IMG/VR virus record: IMGVR_UViG_3300045974_000760
Location: 32,001 to 96,000 of that record
Direction: 5' to 3' (one strand)
DNA from: a virus
Length of the DNA: 64,000 nt
Part shown: positions 40,713 through 50,866 of the stretch, one piece after another
How positions within the stretch are numbered: the stretch's first letter is position 1
Layout: every line of letters begins with the position of its first letter
Translations under genes and position numbers: made by a program
Notes under the pieces: model-generated
Database searches by the model: none
What the model was told of the DNA's origin: nothing
Seen by the model: only the letters and a program-made list of their open reading frames with translations

Positions 40713-41026
40713 AGCCCCTCTCCCGCAAAGAGAGGGAAGTACTGAAGGTGGCCAGGGCACTCCATCTGCGACTGGGTGCCCCGCCCACTTTCAGCCAGCT
40801 GCGGACTGAGCTAGGCAAGGACGGGACGAACCACGTCTACGCGAGGGTCTACAGCATACGGGGCAAGGGCCACGAAATCCCCGTACTACCGCCCTTCGCT
40901 CTGTCACAAGACACCAGGCTACGTGAGTGCAGGGCGCTTGTGCGGCAATGGCGGGAGGACCCAACCATCGAGCCTGTGGATGTGCTCACGCTGATTGCCG
41001 AGCTACTCGAGCCGGGGAAGCAATGA
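40694..41026 (+). CDS. LexA-N-like winged-HTH protein
   Basis: LSRKEREVL...GAPPTFSQL...LG. Confidence 0.6.
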   Translation: MDTKDLKPLSRKEREVLKVARALHLRLGAPPTFSQLRTELGKDGTNHVYARVYSIRGKGHEIPVLPPFALSQDTRLRECRALVRQWREDPTIEPVDVLTLIAELLEPGKQ

Positions 41027-41193
41027 ACGGGGGCCCGCAAGTCATTGCCGTACTGCGACGGGCCAACACAATCTGCCTTGCCAAGCGCGCACAACGTGTC
41101 TTGGCGAGGCAGGTAGCACCTGCGCTATTCGCTATCCTCCTCATCGCAGCTGGTGCAAGGAACAAGGAAGATGAAGCCCAGCTCCCTGTTTTA
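41023..41193 (+). CDS. small protein (ends at TTA)
   Basis: ATGA coupling; in-frame TTA 41191-41193, just inside the next gene. Confidence 0.5.
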
Positions 41194-41401
41194 CGTGACG
41201 ACGTTCTGCAACTTCGCGCACAGGTTGAAGGACGGCAAGCCGATAGAACACGAGTGCCACATCCTGCCCAAGGACGCGCTCAAGGCAGAGATGAACGACG
41301 ACATCGATGAGGCGATGAACATCATCGACAACAACCGCCCTCTGCCCATCCACCCCGGCGTACGAAACCCAAACACAAGGAAGAACAAGAGTCATGGCTA
41401 G
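41171..41401 (+). CDS. hypothetical protein
   Basis: AAGGA RBS. Confidence 0.6.
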   Translation: MKPSSLFYVTTFCNFAHRLKDGKPIEHECHILPKDALKAEMNDDIDEAMNIIDNNRPLPIHPGVRNPNTRKNKSHG

Positions 41402-41648
41402 GCACGACCGGTATGAAGTCATCGGCAAGGACCTGTTCGAGCAGGGCGGCTATGACTGGATGGAGCACTTCACGCACAACATCGAACAGGCCGTAGAAGA
41501 GTATGCCTCTGCGGTGTTTGCCGAGGCAGATGCTGGTGACGAGTGGGAGTACACCATCTTGGCCAAAGGCAAGGACGGTGTTGTGCGCACGTTCAAGGTC
41601 AAAGCCCGTACGGAGTTCGACATCGTAGAGGAGGACGAAGACGAATGA
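41394..41648 (+). CDS. acidic hypothetical protein
   Basis: Coupled ORF. Confidence 0.65.
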   Translation: MARHDRYEVIGKDLFEQGGYDWMEHFTHNIEQAVEEYASAVFAEADAGDEWEYTILAKGKDGVVRTFKVKARTEFDIVEEDEDE

Positions 41649-42049
41649 AGACCTACAACAAGCTGACAGTCAGTGTGTCGATGGGCGACGAAGCGCTGGA
41701 CACGCCCGAGAAGGCACAGCTCTTCCTCGTCGATAGGCTCGGCTCCGTTGTACTTCCTGAAGAGAGCGGGTCGATTATCTGCCGGGACGTGAACGGCAAT
41801 ACACAGACCATCGAGATCGACTACGACGTTGATGAGGAAGAAGAAGAGGACGATGGGATGAATGAGTACAGGGTCACCGTCGTAGAGACGCGTAAGGTGA
41901 CTTGCGAGTACATCGTGCGCGCCGCTGACGACCTCGCCGCTCAGGACAAGGCAAAGAAAGGGGAGTGTGAAGAGTCAGATGACCTCTCCATCGATGAGGT
42001 GATCGATAGGGAGGTAGAGAGCGTCGAGGAGAACACTCCAGCGTCATGA
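41645..42049 (+). CDS. acidic two-domain hypothetical protein
   Basis: Coupled ORF. Confidence 0.65.
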   Translation: MKTYNKLTVSVSMGDEALDTPEKAQLFLVDRLGSVVLPEESGSIICRDVNGNTQTIEIDYDVDEEEEEDDGMNEYRVTVVETRKVTCEYIVRAADDLAAQDKAKKGECEESDDLSIDEVIDREVESVEENTPAS

Positions 42050-42300
42050 CCGCAGTAGAGATGCCGCCTGACATGCTCGAGGCCATACGAGATGCCGACT
42101 TCGACATGCTCGAGGCGTACTACTTGTACTGCAGCTTCTACCACGGCGGGCAGTGGACGGATGAGTACAAGTGGCTCTCGCACCTCACCTCAAGCGGGTT
42201 CAAAATCTCACCTCTTCGGACGATTGAGAATGCGTCTGAGGAGGTGAAGGCGCTGTACAACATGCTGTGTTGGAGGTACCAGCCCGATGACGCAGGCTGA
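42046..42300 (+). CDS. hypothetical protein
   Basis: YHGGQW..EY motif; coupled. Confidence 0.65.
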   Translation: MTAVEMPPDMLEAIRDADFDMLEAYYLYCSFYHGGQWTDEYKWLSHLTSSGFKISPLRTIENASEEVKALYNMLCWRYQPDDAG

Positions 42301-42952
42301 TGATGACGAGGAGCGGGGCTTTGCGCGGGACCAAGCAATCGGCTCCGTCACCCCTGAAGAGATGACGGAGCTGTTGGGCGGGCAGATACAAGACCGTCTC
42401 AATGCGCATCTCGGCGGGATGTTCAACACCCTGGAGGGACGACAACGTGTTGCAGCAGCCGCCGCAGATCTCATTCGCAACGAGCTTCGCCGCCCTTCAG
42501 CACTTCGCGACTTGATTCCTCCCCAGCAGATACCGCCTGCGACGTCCGAGCCTGGCTACGTCGTGAGCCGCCCCGTCCCGTACATGCCGCGCCCTCGCAC
42601 CCGCCCAGCATGCGGCGGGCTGTGCCTACACCTGGGCCGCATGGCGGGCCCACACAAGAGCTCCCTACCCTCACTCGAGCTCGACATGATCATCAACCTG
42701 CGCGGGCTGCGGGATGAGAACTACGACTTCGCGCATCGCGCAGACCCGGTTACCGAAGGCATAAGCCCAGTGTCGGTGCTGCCTGAGATAGCTGCCCTAC
42801 GCGCGTACCGCCAAGAGCACACGGTCCATGGGTCGATGAGCGAGGCACCGCCTACCCACCTCTACACCGCGGCGTACAGCAAAGCGAACGCGCTACACAT
42901 CCGCGAAGACGACCACTGGTACAAGGGGAAACTAGATGACCACGATGATTGA
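42287..42952 (+). CDS. hypothetical protein
   Basis: GGAGG RBS. Confidence 0.6.
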   Translation: MTQADDDEERGFARDQAIGSVTPEEMTELLGGQIQDRLNAHLGGMFNTLEGRQRVAAAAADLIRNELRRPSALRDLIPPQQIPPATSEPGYVVSRPVPYMPRPRTRPACGGLCLHLGRMAGPHKSSLPSLELDMIINLRGLRDENYDFAHRADPVTEGISPVSVLPEIAALRAYRQEHTVHGSMSEAPPTHLYTAAYSKANALHIREDDHWYKGKLDDHDD

Positions 42953-43559
42953 AGTCTCGCTCAAGTCCCTCACCCGCATCTTGCTCAGCGCGCGTCGCGC
43001 AAAGAGGCGGGTGAAGAGCATCACTGCCGACTACAACCAGGGCGAAGACGCGCTGGCCGAGCTGCGCATGCATTACGACGATGCAATCGCGAGCAACACC
43101 AAGCTCCACAGGGAGCTCCTAGAGCTCAAGCAGGGGCAAGACAAGCGAGAGGGTGAGTCGCGCTACCAAGAGGCACTGCGGGCGTACGAGAGGCTCCAAG
43201 CCTCACATCAAGCGCTCCAGTGCGAGCATGAAGCCGTGCAACGCGCCAACGCGGCGCTGAACACACTCGCACAGAACGACAAGAAGGCGATAGAGCGCAT
43301 CGCCGATGAGCTCACGACGTGCATGTCCAATAGCTCATCTCGCTACGACGCATACAAGCACGCCACCAAGCGGGCCGAGGAAGCAGAGCGCGTGTTGCGT
43401 GATGCGGCCACCGCCGCGTGCAAGTTCAACATGAATGAACCCGCCATCCGAAACACTCTCTACAACCTCCTCCGCCCCTGGCTCCCCAAAGCCCACCAGC
43501 CAGTACCTGCAGCGGTTGAAACCCAAGACGCCCCCAAGGTAGAGGAATCCGACGAATGA
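42936..43559 (+). CDS. coiled-coil protein
   Basis: Heptad repeats. Confidence 0.65.
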   Translation: MTTMIEVSLKSLTRILLSARRAKRRVKSITADYNQGEDALAELRMHYDDAIASNTKLHRELLELKQGQDKREGESRYQEALRAYERLQASHQALQCEHEAVQRANAALNTLAQNDKKAIERIADELTTCMSNSSSRYDAYKHATKRAEEAERVLRDAATAACKFNMNEPAIRNTLYNLLRPWLPKAHQPVPAAVETQDAPKVEESDE

Positions 43560-43804
43560 TTTTCAGCAACTACGGCACCAGCTGGCTCAACTTCCAGCTG
43601 TGGAAAACACACAACGACCTCTGCCAGCTACCATCGGTGTACGGCAATAGCCCCGCAGAACTCGAGGAGTACGTTGTCGAAGAGCGGCTGCTGCTGAAGG
43701 AGCGCGCCAAGTGGCTCCACGCAGCACTCGCCCGCCCCGCATGGACCCACTTCGCGTCCGCCCTCCTCCTCAAGGCGGCGCAGGCGGTCGAGTATCAGTC
43801 GTGA
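43556..43804 (+). CDS. hypothetical protein
   Basis: Coupled ORF. Confidence 0.6.
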   Translation: MIFSNYGTSWLNFQLWKTHNDLCQLPSVYGNSPAELEEYVVEERLLLKERAKWLHAALARPAWTHFASALLLKAAQAVEYQS

Positions 43805-44316
43805 ACGGCCCACTCGAGTACCTACGTATGAAGCTCCAGGAAGACATCACCGCCTTCCATCAGCGCGGCGGCATGCTGTCCGACTGGCCGGGCTACTACG
43901 ATGAGCCGGAAGAAGACGATGAGGGCAAAGAGTATTGGGTACGCGAGCAAGTAGCCACCATCGCTGACTTCAGCTCTCGCATGCCCGGGTTCATGCAGCT
44001 GCCCAAGGGCTACATGTTCAAGCCCGCCGCCACCCTCATCACGTGCGGCTTGCCTGACAAGCTCCTTACCGAGCCCAACAACGTGCAGAGGTACTTCGCC
44101 GTTATGCGCGAGGCGGGTAATCGATATGGTCTCACCGAAGAGCAGCTCAGTGTGCTGAGCGCGGGCTTCTGCGGCTTCGGGGACAGCAGCACGGTGCAGT
44201 CCGAGCACTACTCCCAGCTCGGTAAGGAGCTGCGTGAGTGGACCGCTCAACGCTTCGGCTTTCTCGTAGGCGGGGTAAGCCCGGAGTACTTCCCACCGGA
44301 GACATCTCATGCGTGA
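43801..44316 (+). CDS. hypothetical protein
   Basis: GTGA coupling. Confidence 0.6.
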   Translation: MNGPLEYLRMKLQEDITAFHQRGGMLSDWPGYYDEPEEDDEGKEYWVREQVATIADFSSRMPGFMQLPKGYMFKPAATLITCGLPDKLLTEPNNVQRYFAVMREAGNRYGLTEEQLSVLSAGFCGFGDSSTVQSEHYSQLGKELREWTAQRFGFLVGGVSPEYFPPETSHA

Positions 44317-44491
44317 GCTAGCTGAGGCCGGTCTCGTGGCGGTCATCGCCTTCCTGTTCTTCATCTACGTCGTACTCGGGCGACGCAGCGAGGACATGGT
44401 TACGTGCAACAAGATGTGCACCCCAGCCGGCGTACAAACCTACAGCTTCTGGGCGGGCCAGTGCGTTTGCAGAGAGGTCAAACCCCCATGA
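44309..44491 (+). CDS. membrane-anchored Cys-rich peptide
   Basis: TM helix followed by CNKMC...GQCVC. Confidence 0.65.
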   Translation: MRELAEAGLVAVIAFLFFIYVVLGRRSEDMVTCNKMCTPAGVQTYSFWAGQCVCREVKPP

Positions 44492-44967
44492 CCAAGACCC
44501 TGTCTACGTCAGCCTTCGCAACCATCCCGGCCAATGGGGGCGGGCACCGCATCATCGCAGGTGTGACCCCGCTCACGGCGAAGCAGCAAGCGATACTCGA
44601 TGTCGCTTGGACCTATTGGCACGAGCACGGCGAGCTCGTCTCAGTACGCAAGCTGACCGCACTGCTCGGGCTCACGGCAACACAAGGCACGACCGACCAC
44701 ATCCGGGCCATCGAGAGGCGCGGCATCTACTTCCCGCGTGTGGGTCATCCAGTGCCACACACCGATGACCCCGTCACAGACACCGTGGAGGTGGAGCGCC
44801 TCCGCTCGCTCTACTGGATGCACATGTTCGAAGCGAGCACGGGCAGGGCGGTTGGGTCAGACCGCAGCACCCATCGAGCCACCGCCGAGGAGTGCTTCCG
44901 AAGGCTGAAGAAGCTCGACAAAGACCTCGTCAGCAGACCCCTAGAACCAGAGGAGAAGAACGAATGA
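44488..44967 (+). CDS. LexA-N-like winged-HTH protein
   Basis: LTAKQQAIL...EHG..SVRKL..LLGL...TDHIRAIERRG. Confidence 0.7.
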   Translation: MTKTLSTSAFATIPANGGGHRIIAGVTPLTAKQQAILDVAWTYWHEHGELVSVRKLTALLGLTATQGTTDHIRAIERRGIYFPRVGHPVPHTDDPVTDTVEVERLRSLYWMHMFEASTGRAVGSDRSTHRATAEECFRRLKKLDKDLVSRPLEPEEKNE

Positions 44968-45323
44968 GCAAGGTTGAATACGTCATCACCGAAGCCGTCA
45001 CAGCCTACGGATACATACCAGAGCCTATGCCTCCCCCAGAGGGTAACTGGAAGCTGCTTGGTCCACCCGCCGTCTTCGGCCCCAGCACCAATCCCCGCTT
45101 CATCTTCTACTGGGAGAGCATCCCTGAGAAGAAGGAAGAGGTGAGCGCGGATGAGGTAGTGGCGACCACGGCCAAGCTCGTCTCAGCCATCAGGTTCGGC
45201 ATCAATCACATCATCAAGCGCGTCGAGGAGGCACCGAGCCCGGAGAGGGCTAAGGGGGATGCTATTGCGGGCCTTCGCGGCCTCCTCACCGCCATCGACA
45301 AGATGCTTCAAGTGGGGACGTAA
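44964..45323 (+). CDS. hypothetical protein
   Basis: AGGAG RBS. Confidence 0.65.
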   Translation: MSKVEYVITEAVTAYGYIPEPMPPPEGNWKLLGPPAVFGPSTNPRFIFYWESIPEKKEEVSADEVVATTAKLVSAIRFGINHIIKRVEEAPSPERAKGDAIAGLRGLLTAIDKMLQVGT

Positions 45324-45401
45324 TCCACAACCAGACAGGGGATAAGAAGGGTGGCGCAGAAGTACGCGTCACCCTTCTTCATTCAACAAGGAGAACAAGA
45401 C

Positions 45402-46013
45402 ATGAGCTCAGGTGCTCGTAGAGCGCTGCTCAAGACACTCAGGGCAGAGTGGGCGGGCAGCAAAGAGGGACGTCAATACCGACGTACAGAGCGCAGTGAC
45501 ATGCTCGCCGCGCGTAAGGAAGTGAGGTACCGCTATAGCGAACGTGCAGAACGAATGCTCTCCATCGTCAGCAGCATGTCTCCGAAGAGGCGGGAGGAGG
45601 CACTGCGCGTGTACAACGCATACGCCATGCGAAGGAAGTACGTGCCCCGCTGCTTCGAGGTGTACGGAACTGGGCGCGTCCGGCTAACGTCCGTACAAGG
45701 CGCGCGCAATAGTGCTCTGGCACTCGCGGAGCTAGTTGCGGGCCGTCTCAACGAGATGCTTCTCATTGAGGATGCAGCCTACGTCTTCGCCATGCTCATC
45801 GAGCAGCGTGTGCCGGTGAGAGACCCATTCGTGCAGCACCCGACGCTGCAGTGCATCGAAACAAGCAACGACTTCTACGAGCTCGGTGTGCTCGGCCTGC
45901 TCAACGGCATCATCGGTGTGCGGGCAGATTCAACGGGCTACCTCGCGGCGGATTACAATGACGCGGGCGAGCTCACCAAGTTCATCGTACGGGAGGAAGA
46001 GAACAAGACATGA
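45402..46013 (+). CDS. hypothetical protein
   Basis: AAGGAG RBS; promoter motif at 45342. Confidence 0.65.
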   Translation: MSSGARRALLKTLRAEWAGSKEGRQYRRTERSDMLAARKEVRYRYSERAERMLSIVSSMSPKRREEALRVYNAYAMRRKYVPRCFEVYGTGRVRLTSVQGARNSALALAELVAGRLNEMLLIEDAAYVFAMLIEQRVPVRDPFVQHPTLQCIETSNDFYELGVLGLLNGIIGVRADSTGYLAADYNDAGELTKFIVREEENKT

Positions 46014-46843
46014 GTGAACTAGACAAGTACACGCAGGTATCAGAGGAGGAACCGGACTACAACAAGCTCGCGATGGGCAGCAATGCCCTCATCGCACACC
46101 GGCTTGTGGCAGGCACCCACTGGTTCGGGTTGGTCATGTACGACGGGACCTACCACCCCATCATGAAAGCGGCGCCCATCCCAGAGCTCGGCTGGGTACT
46201 CGACTACCCCCTTAACTCGTCCGTGTGGCGGCAAGACCAATCGCGCGCCTTCAACACGCCCAACTGCGTGGAGATACTTCAGAAGGTTCAGGACAGCTGG
46301 TTCCGAGCAACGAACGGGCAGAAGATTGTGTGGCTCAAGACGTCTCGTCAACTGGCCCTCAAGCTCGACAGTATGGCCATCAAGAGCGTCGAGCACTTCC
46401 TTGTGCCTGACCAGGAGTCGCCAGTGCGCGGCATCGGTAGAGAGACAGTGGTGCTGGATGATGCCAACCACTTCCTGCAGGCCGCGCCCCGCGTATTGCC
46501 TGCTTGGGGCCCGGCCAAGCTCACCCCGCATCGCGCCTTCCCAACGGGCACCACCAAGCCCGCAGACAAGCCATGCCACGAGCCGGGTGGCTACAAGCCG
46601 TGGATGCCCAACTTCCTCAAGGAGTTCGAGCTCTTCCTCACCCTCCTCCCCCGCCTCAAGCTGGTGCACGACGTCATTCGCAAGACGGGTGATGGGCTCC
46701 TACTCGATGTACGGGATGGTGAATACGAGTTCCACACGCAGGTATTCGAGCGTGAGGCCAAGGACCACGTCCTTGTGTTCCGTGCGCTGCGCGAGGACTA
46801 CGGTGACTGGTGCGCAGCACAAGCCAACGCACGCAAGAAGTAG
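46010..46843 (+). CDS. hypothetical protein
   Basis: Coupled ORF followed by a strong terminator. Confidence 0.7.
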   Translation: MSELDKYTQVSEEEPDYNKLAMGSNALIAHRLVAGTHWFGLVMYDGTYHPIMKAAPIPELGWVLDYPLNSSVWRQDQSRAFNTPNCVEILQKVQDSWFRATNGQKIVWLKTSRQLALKLDSMAIKSVEHFLVPDQESPVRGIGRETVVLDDANHFLQAAPRVLPAWGPAKLTPHRAFPTGTTKPADKPCHEPGGYKPWMPNFLKEFELFLTLLPRLKLVHDVIRKTGDGLLLDVRDGEYEFHTQVFEREAKDHVLVFRALREDYGDWCAAQANARKK

Positions 46844-46917
46844 CTAGAAAAGAGCGGTGTACACGCCCGCTCTTTTCTAGCCCCGTGCCTGAATAACACG
46901 CGCGTTTCGGGGATAAG
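46843..46917 (+). terminator. terminator hairpin + TAGCCCC directly followed by a phage promoter
   Basis: GCTAGAAAAGAGCGG/CCGCTCTTTTCTAGC perfect stem; then GAAT-N13-CGGGGATAAG. Confidence 0.8.
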
Positions 46918-46951
46918 AAACGCGAACCCCACACTACACGCGAGGCACAAC

Positions 46952-47746
46952 ATGATTGTTACCGTCACACGCAAGCAGCTGGTTGATGTCGAGGCATGCG
47001 AAGCCTCGATGGACTTCTTCGACAGCATTGCGTTTACGTCAGGTCGGGGCCCCGACTTCAACTACGTCATCGTCGACACGCGCGACACATTGCTCATGGT
47101 GTGGTTCTACTCCTACTACCACGAGTGGGCTCAGTTCGCGGTTCGGCATGGGCTACTGCCCTACTTCGGCCTACGCAATCAGGTCGTGACCAAGCTCGAG
47201 ACTCAGTACCTGCGTGCAGAGCGAGCGGTAATCAGCGAGTCAGTCCTTGTGGACTGGAACGTTATTGACACCAACTTTGAGGGCGCGATGTTCGATCGCG
47301 TCGACATCAAAGACAGTGAGCTGAGCGGGATGCACATGCCAGGCATGGATATCCGCTTCTCGAACCTACGCCGTGTGATGTGGGGCTACGTGAACTTGTC
47401 CGACGGGTGCGTGTACCAATCCAACTTCTACAAAGTGAACATGCATCACGCGCGGTTTAGCGACACCCTCTTCTGGGGGTGCAGGTTCGACAATGTCGAC
47501 TTGTCGAGCGCGCATGGAGGCAAGGTCCGCTTCCGCAACTGCGCGTTCAAAGATACGAAGCTCGCCAACATCGACCTGCGCACGGCAACGTTCGAGGAAT
47601 GTGTCTTCTACGGGGAGGAGATGGACCTCTCCCTCACCATGGTCAATCCCGCCACCTTCCCGTATGTCAAAGGCTGGACGGTCAGCCCCGAGGGAGTGAT
47701 GCTGCGGGAGCCTGCACCACCTCCCGGTACAACTGCCGATGTCTGA
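46952..47746 (+). CDS. pentapeptide repeat protein
   Basis: TNFEG/AMFDR/CRFDN/VDLSS/ATFEE repeats. Confidence 0.85.
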   Translation: MIVTVTRKQLVDVEACEASMDFFDSIAFTSGRGPDFNYVIVDTRDTLLMVWFYSYYHEWAQFAVRHGLLPYFGLRNQVVTKLETQYLRAERAVISESVLVDWNVIDTNFEGAMFDRVDIKDSELSGMHMPGMDIRFSNLRRVMWGYVNLSDGCVYQSNFYKVNMHHARFSDTLFWGCRFDNVDLSSAHGGKVRFRNCAFKDTKLANIDLRTATFEECVFYGEEMDLSLTMVNPATFPYVKGWTVSPEGVMLREPAPPPGTTADV

Positions 47747-48170
47747 TAACTACGTGAGCATGTGGGGCACGCTCAACTGGCGTACCCCCTTCAGCAACCC
47801 CAAGGTGCATGTCGTAGTAGACGTGGACCCCGAGCTCGCTGCATACGCGCGCACGTTCATCCCACCGTCAGAGCGTATCAACGTCCCTCGCTACCCCGCC
47901 CACATCACGGCAATGCGCGGGGAGGGGACACACAAGCACCACAGACGGTTGCTCGAGAAGGTACGGGGCATGGTCATCCCATTCGAGTGCGGGAAGATGT
48001 CGGAGCTCAGGCACGACAACGTGTACTGGTGGCTGCCCGTCTACTCGCCCGCGCTTCTGATGTTGCGCAAGCTGCTCGACTTGCCCGAATACACCGAGCT
48101 CACGAAACCACCTGATGGTGCGGAGATGTTTCACATCACCGTCGGCAACACGAAAGGTTGGGCACCATGA
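47739..48170 (+). CDS. 2H phosphoesterase-like protein
   Basis: Two H-I-T motifs (PAHITAM, FHITVG) about 78 aa apart. Confidence 0.7.
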   Translation: MSDNYVSMWGTLNWRTPFSNPKVHVVVDVDPELAAYARTFIPPSERINVPRYPAHITAMRGEGTHKHHRRLLEKVRGMVIPFECGKMSELRHDNVYWWLPVYSPALLMLRKLLDLPEYTELTKPPDGAEMFHITVGNTKGWAP

Positions 48171-48949
48171 CGCACACCATCACTCTCACCACTACCGAGC
48201 TGCGGGATGCACGTGCTTGTCCCGCCGGTCTTCGCGCATTCCAAAAGCTCATCGGCAAGGGTAAGCGCTCCATCTCTTTCAATCCCGCTGACCCGCTCAT
48301 CGCCCTCTGGTCGCGCTGCGTCTATGGCCAGTACGTTCACTGGCTCGAGCGCGATAAGCACATGCCGCCTCTAGCCCTCCGCAGTACCCTCATCCAGAAC
48401 GCGGAGCTCCGCGACCTCACCGCGGTCGGCAGCCAATGGTCGCTCGTCAACATTCGTAAATCCAACATCTTCCACGCCACCTTCAACGCGGCGCTCTTCG
48501 ACACCTCCTCCATCAGTCACTCAGACCTATTTGGGTCGCGCTTCAACAACGCGACTTTTCTGAGCTGCAATCTCTTCAATCTGACGCTCACTCAAACGTA
48601 CTTTGGGCACACGCGCTTCAGCCAATGCAGCTTCAGCGATTTGTCGACCAGGCTCGCCTCCTTTCACGGCGCGGTCTTCACAGATTGCACCTTCACAGAT
48701 TGCGACCTCAGTGATGGCAACTTCAAGTACGCCATCTTTCGCGGCTGTCGCTTCGATCGGTGCAAGTTCTCAGGTGCGCATCTAGGCAAAGCCATCCTCT
48801 CCGATGGCTTCTACTCCAACACAGATCTGGGTGGGGCACTCCGCTTCAAAGAAGACCCTCCCCTCCCCGGGTACCGCACCAAGAAGTACAAGCCCGTCCC
48901 GGATTACGTTGTGCTGGAGTCGAGGTACAAGAAGCCGACGAGGGAGTGA
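48167..48949 (+). CDS. pentapeptide repeat protein
   Basis: ATFNA/SDLFG/AVFTD/CDLSD repeats; N-terminal L..ARAC..G shared with 46952. Confidence 0.85.
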   Translation: MTHTITLTTTELRDARACPAGLRAFQKLIGKGKRSISFNPADPLIALWSRCVYGQYVHWLERDKHMPPLALRSTLIQNAELRDLTAVGSQWSLVNIRKSNIFHATFNAALFDTSSISHSDLFGSRFNNATFLSCNLFNLTLTQTYFGHTRFSQCSFSDLSTRLASFHGAVFTDCTFTDCDLSDGNFKYAIFRGCRFDRCKFSGAHLGKAILSDGFYSNTDLGGALRFKEDPPLPGYRTKKYKPVPDYVVLESRYKKPTRE

Positions 48950-49052
48950 TGTAGAAGGCGGGCCCATCAAAGGCCCTTTCTTCTAGCCCTGAATCTACAT
49001 CCTCTTCTCGGCATAAGAAGGTTGACCCCCAACCCTACGCACGGAGACTCAC

Positions 49053-49517
49053 ATGCCCAACGAAATCATCCACCTCGTCGGTTACGAACAGAAGCGCCCC
49101 TACGCCCTCAGCGACAATGGCTTCACCGTCACCGGGCCTACACAGACAACGCTATACCTGCTCTGCAAACAACACCGCCTCACCGTGCAAGTGACCGCGG
49201 ACATGTCCAGCGAGGACGTGATTGCGTTCTTGCGCGAGTCAGTACCTCTCGATGAGGTGCACACCACCGTCCTCGAGCGCCTCACTGTTGCTGCGCGTTA
49301 CATCGATGAGAAGCTGCGCAAGACCGTGAACTGGTACAGCGGCTACGACATCGATGCCCGCCTCGAGGCACTCACCTTTCGCGCGGCCCTGACCGAGCCC
49401 CCATTCAACGAGAAGAGGCGGGAAGCCCTCGCCGACCTCATCGACACCATTCAAACGGGCAGGTCATACGTCGCCCCGTACATCATCGAGAACACGATGT
49501 CGGTGAGGTCGGGCTGA
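49053..49517 (+). CDS. hypothetical protein
   Basis: GGAG RBS; promoter motif 48991-49017. Confidence 0.65.
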   Translation: MPNEIIHLVGYEQKRPYALSDNGFTVTGPTQTTLYLLCKQHRLTVQVTADMSSEDVIAFLRESVPLDEVHTTVLERLTVAARYIDEKLRKTVNWYSGYDIDARLEALTFRAALTEPPFNEKRREALADLIDTIQTGRSYVAPYIIENTMSVRSG

Positions 49518-49906
49518 TGCCTACGCACAAGGACGTGTACCTCGGCGACGGCTACATGCTGCACACGTACGAGGACGGCAACGCTCGCATTCGCAGGGAG
49601 TCCGAGCACCTCATGGGCGGCACCCGCTTCAATCAGGTCCAGCTACAGAAGCTGGTCGACGGGCTCATTGAGTCGGGCGTTGTTGTGGCCCCCGCAGACA
49701 AGCTCGCGCAGTTCCTCGAGCGATGCGACGGGCGCATCAAGAGTGTGCGCCGCCACCTCCCCGAGGATGAGGAGGCGGGCATCTACGTTGTGATGCACGA
49801 GACTACCTTCTGCACCAAGACCGCAAGCAGGGTGCAGGAGTACGCCGAAGAGGTGTTCGGGGTTGATGTGAGAGTGTGGATTGAGAAGGAAGTACGAAGT
49901 GAGTGA
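49517..49906 (+). CDS. hypothetical protein, paralog family A
   Basis: LQKLVDGLIESGVVVAP motif. Confidence 0.65.
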   Translation: MPTHKDVYLGDGYMLHTYEDGNARIRRESEHLMGGTRFNQVQLQKLVDGLIESGVVVAPADKLAQFLERCDGRIKSVRRHLPEDEEAGIYVVMHETTFCTKTASRVQEYAEEVFGVDVRVWIEKEVRSE

Positions 49907-50111
49907 GCTGAGGCGCGTCGTGGTGTTCAATCTCACTCTCCCCTCAACGCCGGGGAAGGTGAGTGCCTCAGTCTTTCGGTGTGAGTGCAAGAAGGGGGTG
50001 ATGTTCGATGTCACCTCCAAGCTCGCTGAAGCAATGGGCGTCCTGCATCACGAGTGCGACATCTGTCACATGCGCGTTGTAACCAAACTACGTAGGGGAG
50101 AAGAGAAATGA
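49899..50111 (+). CDS. small Zn-ribbon protein
   Basis: CEC...CDIC. Confidence 0.6.
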   Translation: MSELRRVVVFNLTLPSTPGKVSASVFRCECKKGVMFDVTSKLAEAMGVLHHECDICHMRVVTKLRRGEEK

Positions 50112-50866
50112 TTGGACCTGGAACATACGCGGTGATTCGAACCATCGGTGCGGGTGTACACGTGGGCGAGATTGTGGATTGGGACGTCAGCAACTCCACC
50201 GTCGTGTACCTGAAGAACTGCCGGCGCGTACACAAGTGGAGCAGCGCCGCTTCCCCGCACATCCACACGCTCAACGAAATGGCAGTGCGCGGGTTGAACA
50301 AGAGCGACAGCCGGGTGACTGCCCCCATCCCGAACTACACCCTTCTGACCGCAACTCAAATCCTGCCGATGTCCAACCTGGCCATCAGCTCGTTCGAGGA
50401 GGTGGGCTGGGAAGGGGACATGTACAAGCTGCCCTTCGAGGCTCAACCCAAGGCCCCGCCCGAGGGCATAGTCGCCCATGAAGGTGTCACCTGCCTCATA
50501 CGCACCTACGGTGCGGGCGTCTCCCTCGGTGAGGTGGATGCCTGGGACCCCCGCTACCCTGGCGTTGTGCACCTCCGCAACGCACGGCAGGTGTGGCAGT
50601 GGGACAACGCCGTGGCCGGGCCTGATGGACAGGTGTACGTCATCCACAGCATCTCTGAGGCAGCTGCTGTGGGCCCAGGCACAAGCGGCCGGGTCAGCGA
50701 GTACGTCGAGGAGGAGACGATAACGTCAGCCCTCGAAATCATCCCCATCTCTGCCTACGCGCTGCAGCAGTACGCCGCGCAAGGCTGGGAAGCCCCCTAC
50801 AACGGTCGCCTTCCAGTGGGCGAAGAGCCGCCACAGAGGCTACATGCTGACGATGAGTACGCTTAG
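50108..50866 (+). CDS. tandem DUF6948-like domain protein
   Basis: Two copies of IRT.GAGV..GE.....V.L.N.R.V..W......E.A..G.......I.P.S..A.......GWE. Confidence 0.7.
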   Translation: MIGPGTYAVIRTIGAGVHVGEIVDWDVSNSTVVYLKNCRRVHKWSSAASPHIHTLNEMAVRGLNKSDSRVTAPIPNYTLLTATQILPMSNLAISSFEEVGWEGDMYKLPFEAQPKAPPEGIVAHEGVTCLIRTYGAGVSLGEVDAWDPRYPGVVHLRNARQVWQWDNAVAGPDGQVYVIHSISEAAAVGPGTSGRVSEYVEEETITSALEIIPISAYALQQYAAQGWEAPYNGRLPVGEEPPQRLHADDEYA

